From NCBI GenBank assembly GCA_903936565.1, contig CAIZVZ010000012.1:3778-67777 (forward strand): a stretch of 64,000 nucleotides of DNA, written 5' to 3'. The notes under the pieces were generated by a model that saw only the letters and a program-made list of their open reading frames with translations, was not told the origin of the DNA and made no database searches. This document shows positions 60,979 through 64,000 of the stretch, piece after piece (within the stretch, counting starts at the first letter, position 1; every line of letters starts with the position of its first letter). Source of the DNA: an uncultured bacterium. Its GTDB lineage: Bacteria; Patescibacteriota; Minisyncoccia; Phycocordibacterales; CAIZLB01. Both the position numbers and the translations under genes were made by a program.

Positions 60979-61022
60979 TCTATCCCTATGATGTTTGGGT
61001 ACCCAAACATCATAGGGATAGA
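60979..61022. repeat. perfect 44-bp palindrome (two 22-nt arms with no spacer, centred on gggtaccc)
   Basis: tctatccctatgatgtttgggt|acccaaacatcatagggataga read directly; no flanking T-run. Confidence 0.9.
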
Positions 61023-61408
61023 AGAGAAGTACGTCAATAACACTACAACACAAAGTTGTGTTGTAAACATTAATTTTGAAATTGATCTTAATGATGTATT
61101 GGAAAGCATTAGAGTGTTGCTCTATTATATCAGAAAAACGGCTAGAAATAAAGGTTTAGTTCCAAAATCAAAGAATATTTTTTTAGTCATAACATATTGC
61201 CCAGTGTGTCTCATTTGTCTTATTTTGGAAATAAAACACCCGACCGAGACGGGTCAATATGATACAATAATAATCGTTGAAGAACCCTTACGGTGTCTCA
61301 CGGTGAGAGGTTCTAGACCGAAGTACACAGCTGATTTTTCCTCTATGTGCGAAGCGCATAAATATTAGATTAAATCATCCCGAGCCTCGCGAGGGACAGT
61401 TTTTGCAA

Positions 61409-61468
61409 GCCTTATTTATCAACGTATTTTCGGGTGGGGTATTGTGGGGTTCGAACTTCTGATATAAT
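61409..61468 (+). promoter_or_regulatory. copy 1 of a repeated ~52-nt motif (gccttattt...tattttCgggtggggtaTtGtGgGttcGaacTtctg) ending in an extended -10 tgatataat
   Basis: about 80% identical to 63552-63603; tgatataat lies 9 nt before the ATG at 61478. Confidence 0.35.
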
Positions 61469-61477
61469 ATTTGTTAT

Positions 61478-62572
61478 ATGAATAATAAATTAAAAATATC
61501 ATTAATCGTCGTAATAATTGTCGTTTTAGTAATTGCAATCGTACAATCGTCAAAACAATCAAACTCTCAGATAAAAATCGGGGCAGTAATACCTCTAACT
61601 GGCACTGGAGCATTTTGGGGTGAGCCAGCTCAAAATGGAATCTTCTTAGCGCAAGATACAATAAATAAAAAGTATGGACCTAACGCGGTAAATATATTAA
61701 TTGAGGATGGTAAGAGTGTGCCGCCTGAGTCGGTTACAGCAGCACAAAAGCTATTGTCAGTAGATAAGGTGGATGCCGTGTATACAGAACTGTCAGGTCC
61801 AAGTGGCGCCGTTGCACCTGTCGTAAAAAATGCAAATAAAATATATTATTATAGTGCATTCAACCCATCGATTATATCTCAAAATGATAATTCAATAAAA
61901 GGATTCCTTTCTTTTTATGACCCTTGTGATGTGTTTGGAAGATATTTGCAACGTATGGATATAAAGAAAGTAGCTATATTTAATCAGTTTGCAGGTGTGG
62001 CACCTTCTTGTCTTGCTGCGCTTGATAAATATATATCTAAAGACAACATATTACTTTTTGAAAATCTACCAAAAGATAATGATTACAGAAGTATTCTTCT
62101 GGAGATAAAGAATTTTGGAGCTGGTGCTGTAATTGGTATGACATATGAAGGTCCGTCATTGGCGTGGATAAGGCAAATGCACGACCTCGGTATTAAGATT
62201 CCAGTATTTAGTGGGGTTGAAGCATCTCTTACTCAAAAAAATATTGATACAATCGGTGCTGACAAATTAGCAGGTAGTTTGTACTTTACGCCGAAGATTA
62301 ATCAGAGTTTTATTGAATTATATAATCAAAAATATCCAAATAGACCAGGTTCAGATTTAGAGCCAGCAGCTTATGCTTACGAAGCGATGGTGAATCTTGC
62401 TGAGGCTATGGTTACATGTAAATCTAATGTAGCATGTACTGTTCAGTCATTCCGAAATCGTAATAGTGACGCAGGTGCTATTTCTGACACAAAATATATT
62501 GATAGAGTGTTAACTTCTACTTTAAATTATTACCTAATCAATTCTGGTACAAGCACTCCGTTTAACATTTGA
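61478..62572 (+). CDS. ABC transporter substrate-binding protein (periplasmic binding protein type I, branched-chain amino acid binding-like)
   Basis: signal/TM anchor then KIGAVIPLTGTGAFWGEPAQNG..., a LivJ-like N-terminal signature. Confidence 0.65.
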   Translation: MNNKLKISLIVVIIVVLVIAIVQSSKQSNSQIKIGAVIPLTGTGAFWGEPAQNGIFLAQDTINKKYGPNAVNILIEDGKSVPPESVTAAQKLLSVDKVDAVYTELSGPSGAVAPVVKNANKIYYYSAFNPSIISQNDNSIKGFLSFYDPCDVFGRYLQRMDIKKVAIFNQFAGVAPSCLAALDKYISKDNILLFENLPKDNDYRSILLEIKNFGAGAVIGMTYEGPSLAWIRQMHDLGIKIPVFSGVEASLTQKNIDTIGADKLAGSLYFTPKINQSFIELYNQKYPNRPGSDLEPAAYAYEAMVNLAEAMVTCKSNVACTVQSFRNRNSDAGAISDTKYIDRVLTSTLNYYLINSGTSTPFNI

Positions 62573-62716
62573 TTTACAGAATCAAAAGAGGGTATTTTTG
62601 TACTGCGAGAGCTTTATCATACTCACGCTAATCCTCCCATACATCCCCACCAGTTCGGAAATACTCAATCATCCCCAGCAAGTTATTTCCAAATATTGCT
62701 GTGATATAATAGATGT

Positions 62717-63451
62717 ATGAAGAAAATTATTTACATTATTTTAACATTGGCTTTAGTTGGAATCCTCTTTTATTATAGTATTGGAAGCAAGAAGGAAGAA
62801 ATAGTAAACAGTCCGATAAATGATTCTGAAACAGAATATGTATCTTATAAAAATTCCAAATATAGCCCAGAATTCATTTACCCTAAATCATGGGGCGAAG
62901 TTATCATAAAAGAAGGATATAAAATATGTCCTGAGGAAGGAGTTAAGTATATCACAGGTGATACACTACAAGTTTTTGACTGGGAATTCGCCTTTAATGA
63001 GATGAAGCTACCAGGATCAGAAAGTATTATTCAGGTTGGTATTCGACAGTATGAGCTTAACCCCCAAAAACTGAATGATTGCGGGGATGATTTTCATTTA
63101 AAGATTGCCAGAAAAGAAGTTATTCCTGAATCACTATCTTCTTTTATGTTAAATTCAGTAACACTTAAAAGTGGTCTGTCTGGTACTTATAATAAGGAGG
63201 CTAGCCGACTCAATACGGAGGCACGAACACAATATGCTTTATTTGTTTTACAAAACTCAAGAATATATATTCTTCAACCTTACATGAGGTTTATGCCTTA
63301 TTTTGGTTCTCCTGAGTCAAAAGAAATGGAGCAAGAATTTGATGGGGATATGAGTAATTATATAAAGAATGGAAAAACAGCCGAAAATATAAGAAAATAT
63401 TTGGAAGAATTTACTAAGATGACAGAAAGTTTAAAATTTTCAGCTAAATAA
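62717..63451 (+). CDS. hypothetical secreted or membrane-anchored protein
   Basis: N-terminal hydrophobic helix; preceded by tgtgatataat-9nt-ATG. Confidence 0.4.
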   Translation: MKKIIYIILTLALVGILFYYSIGSKKEEIVNSPINDSETEYVSYKNSKYSPEFIYPKSWGEVIIKEGYKICPEEGVKYITGDTLQVFDWEFAFNEMKLPGSESIIQVGIRQYELNPQKLNDCGDDFHLKIARKEVIPESLSSFMLNSVTLKSGLSGTYNKEASRLNTEARTQYALFVLQNSRIYILQPYMRFMPYFGSPESKEMEQEFDGDMSNYIKNGKTAENIRKYLEEFTKMTESLKFSAK

Positions 63452-63551
63452 TTTTTAAATCTAAACTTGCTCCAACATCGTCCTAAACAGCCAGCCGATT
63501 TTTAAGCGTAAAAATCGCGCAGAAATCAGCAGATTTCTGCCTAAATGTTAA

Positions 63552-63603
63552 GCCTTATTTCCAGAGTATTTTTGGGTGGGGTAATATAGGATTCAAACAT
63601 CTG
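63552..63603 (+). promoter_or_regulatory. copy 2 of the repeated ~52-nt motif
   Basis: gccttatttccagagtatttttgggtggggtaatataggattcaaacatctg; 56 nt upstream of the ATG at 63659. Confidence 0.35.
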
Positions 63604-63658
63604 TCTGTCAATAAATTAGGTATATTAATAAATATATAATCTTGATATACTATCTAAA

Positions 63659-64000
63659 ATGCAAAATCAAAAGCCGATATACGACATGGGTAACGCCACA
63701 GCTGGGATTTTTAAGGGTAATTCAATTTCAAATGCAATAAAGGAAATTTATGGAGAGTCAGCTAGCCTATTTGCTAATCTTATAAAATCTAAATTACCTG
63801 ATACAGCAAGAGAATATACATTACTGGACATTGGGTCGTCTAAGGGGGAATTACTATCTGATATTTTAGCACTTTTACCAGAGTATAATTTTGATATAAC
63901 AGTTACAGACACAAACCCTGATGCTGTATCTCAAAACTGCATTAATGGAAAGAAGATAGTAGCAGATGCCGAGTCGCTACCACTTGATGATAAAAGTATT
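63659..64000 (+). CDS. class I SAM-dependent methyltransferase (partial, runs off the window end)
   Basis: LLDIGSSKGE resembles motif I (hhDhGxGxG) and ESLPLDD follows it; no stop codon before 64000. Confidence 0.45.
   Translation, partial: MQNQKPIYDMGNATAGIFKGNSISNAIKEIYGESASLFANLIKSKLPDTAREYTLLDIGSSKGELLSDILALLPEYNFDITVTDTNPDAVSQNCINGKKIVADAESLPLDDKSI

Larger units (their letters stand above)
45723..61400. mobile_element. tRNA-Gln-adjacent genomic island or degraded integrative element (~15.7 kb) with a serine recombinase and defense and prophage-like cargo
   Basis: begins just past the tRNA 3' end; holds a large serine recombinase, R-M-like genes and a ParB-methylase with a terminase-small-like HTH; right boundary is approximate, near the 44-bp palindrome. 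Confidence 0.45.

Noticed and set aside
60988-61368. 126-aa plus-strand ORF after the zinc-ribbon gene
   Set aside because: It begins inside the 44-bp palindrome, has odd composition and no start context. It is more likely non-coding flank at the island boundary.
61425-61461. ggggttcgaac core of the repeated motif as a possible tRNA fragment or att site
   Set aside because: No complementary T-stem, no match to the tRNA-Gln 3' end, and the second copy is more divergent (ggattcaaac). Treated as a regulatory repeat instead.

Overview
This is a low-GC (~35-38%) bacterial chromosomal window with compact gene packing. The short rpoB/rpoC, near-leaderless promoters, type IV pilus genes and two DsbA paralogs suggest a small-genome, CPR-like lineage, but that is inference only. 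Positions 1-45.6 kb are mainly core genes. They include trmD, two tandem paralogous glycosyltransferases, rpoB-rpoC, dnaG-rpoD, a UvrD/AddA-like helicase-nuclease and two DsbA-like oxidoreductases. There is also an OmpR-type two-component system with two extra receiver-like paralogs. Further core genes are a DEDD exonuclease, truB, a type IV pilus-like cluster (PilB, PilC, a pilin with the GFTLIEV motif, and a B-repeat surface protein), gpmI, eno, dus and dnaX. Scattered through this core are about nine GC-enriched one- or two-gene cassettes, each ending in its own GC-rich hairpin. A tRNA-Gln(UUG) lies at 45651-45721. It is followed by a ~15.7 kb accessory island. The island carries a large serine recombinase and a translationally coupled four-gene cassette. 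The cassette is SF2 helicase, N6/N4 DNA methyltransferase, C5-cytosine methyltransferase and a PD-(D/E)xK-like nuclease. The helicase C-terminus and the nuclease N-terminus share a homologous domain. The island also carries a prophage-like HTH plus ParB-methyltransferase pair and a two-nuclease-domain protein (Cas4-like Fe-S PD-(D/E)xK plus DEDDy exonuclease). Behind that protein sit three small ORFs and a perfect 44-bp palindrome. The window ends with an ABC substrate-binding protein, a secreted hypothetical and a partial SAM methyltransferase. No CRISPR array or rRNA was seen. All functional calls rest on motif recognition by eye. No database search was possible.
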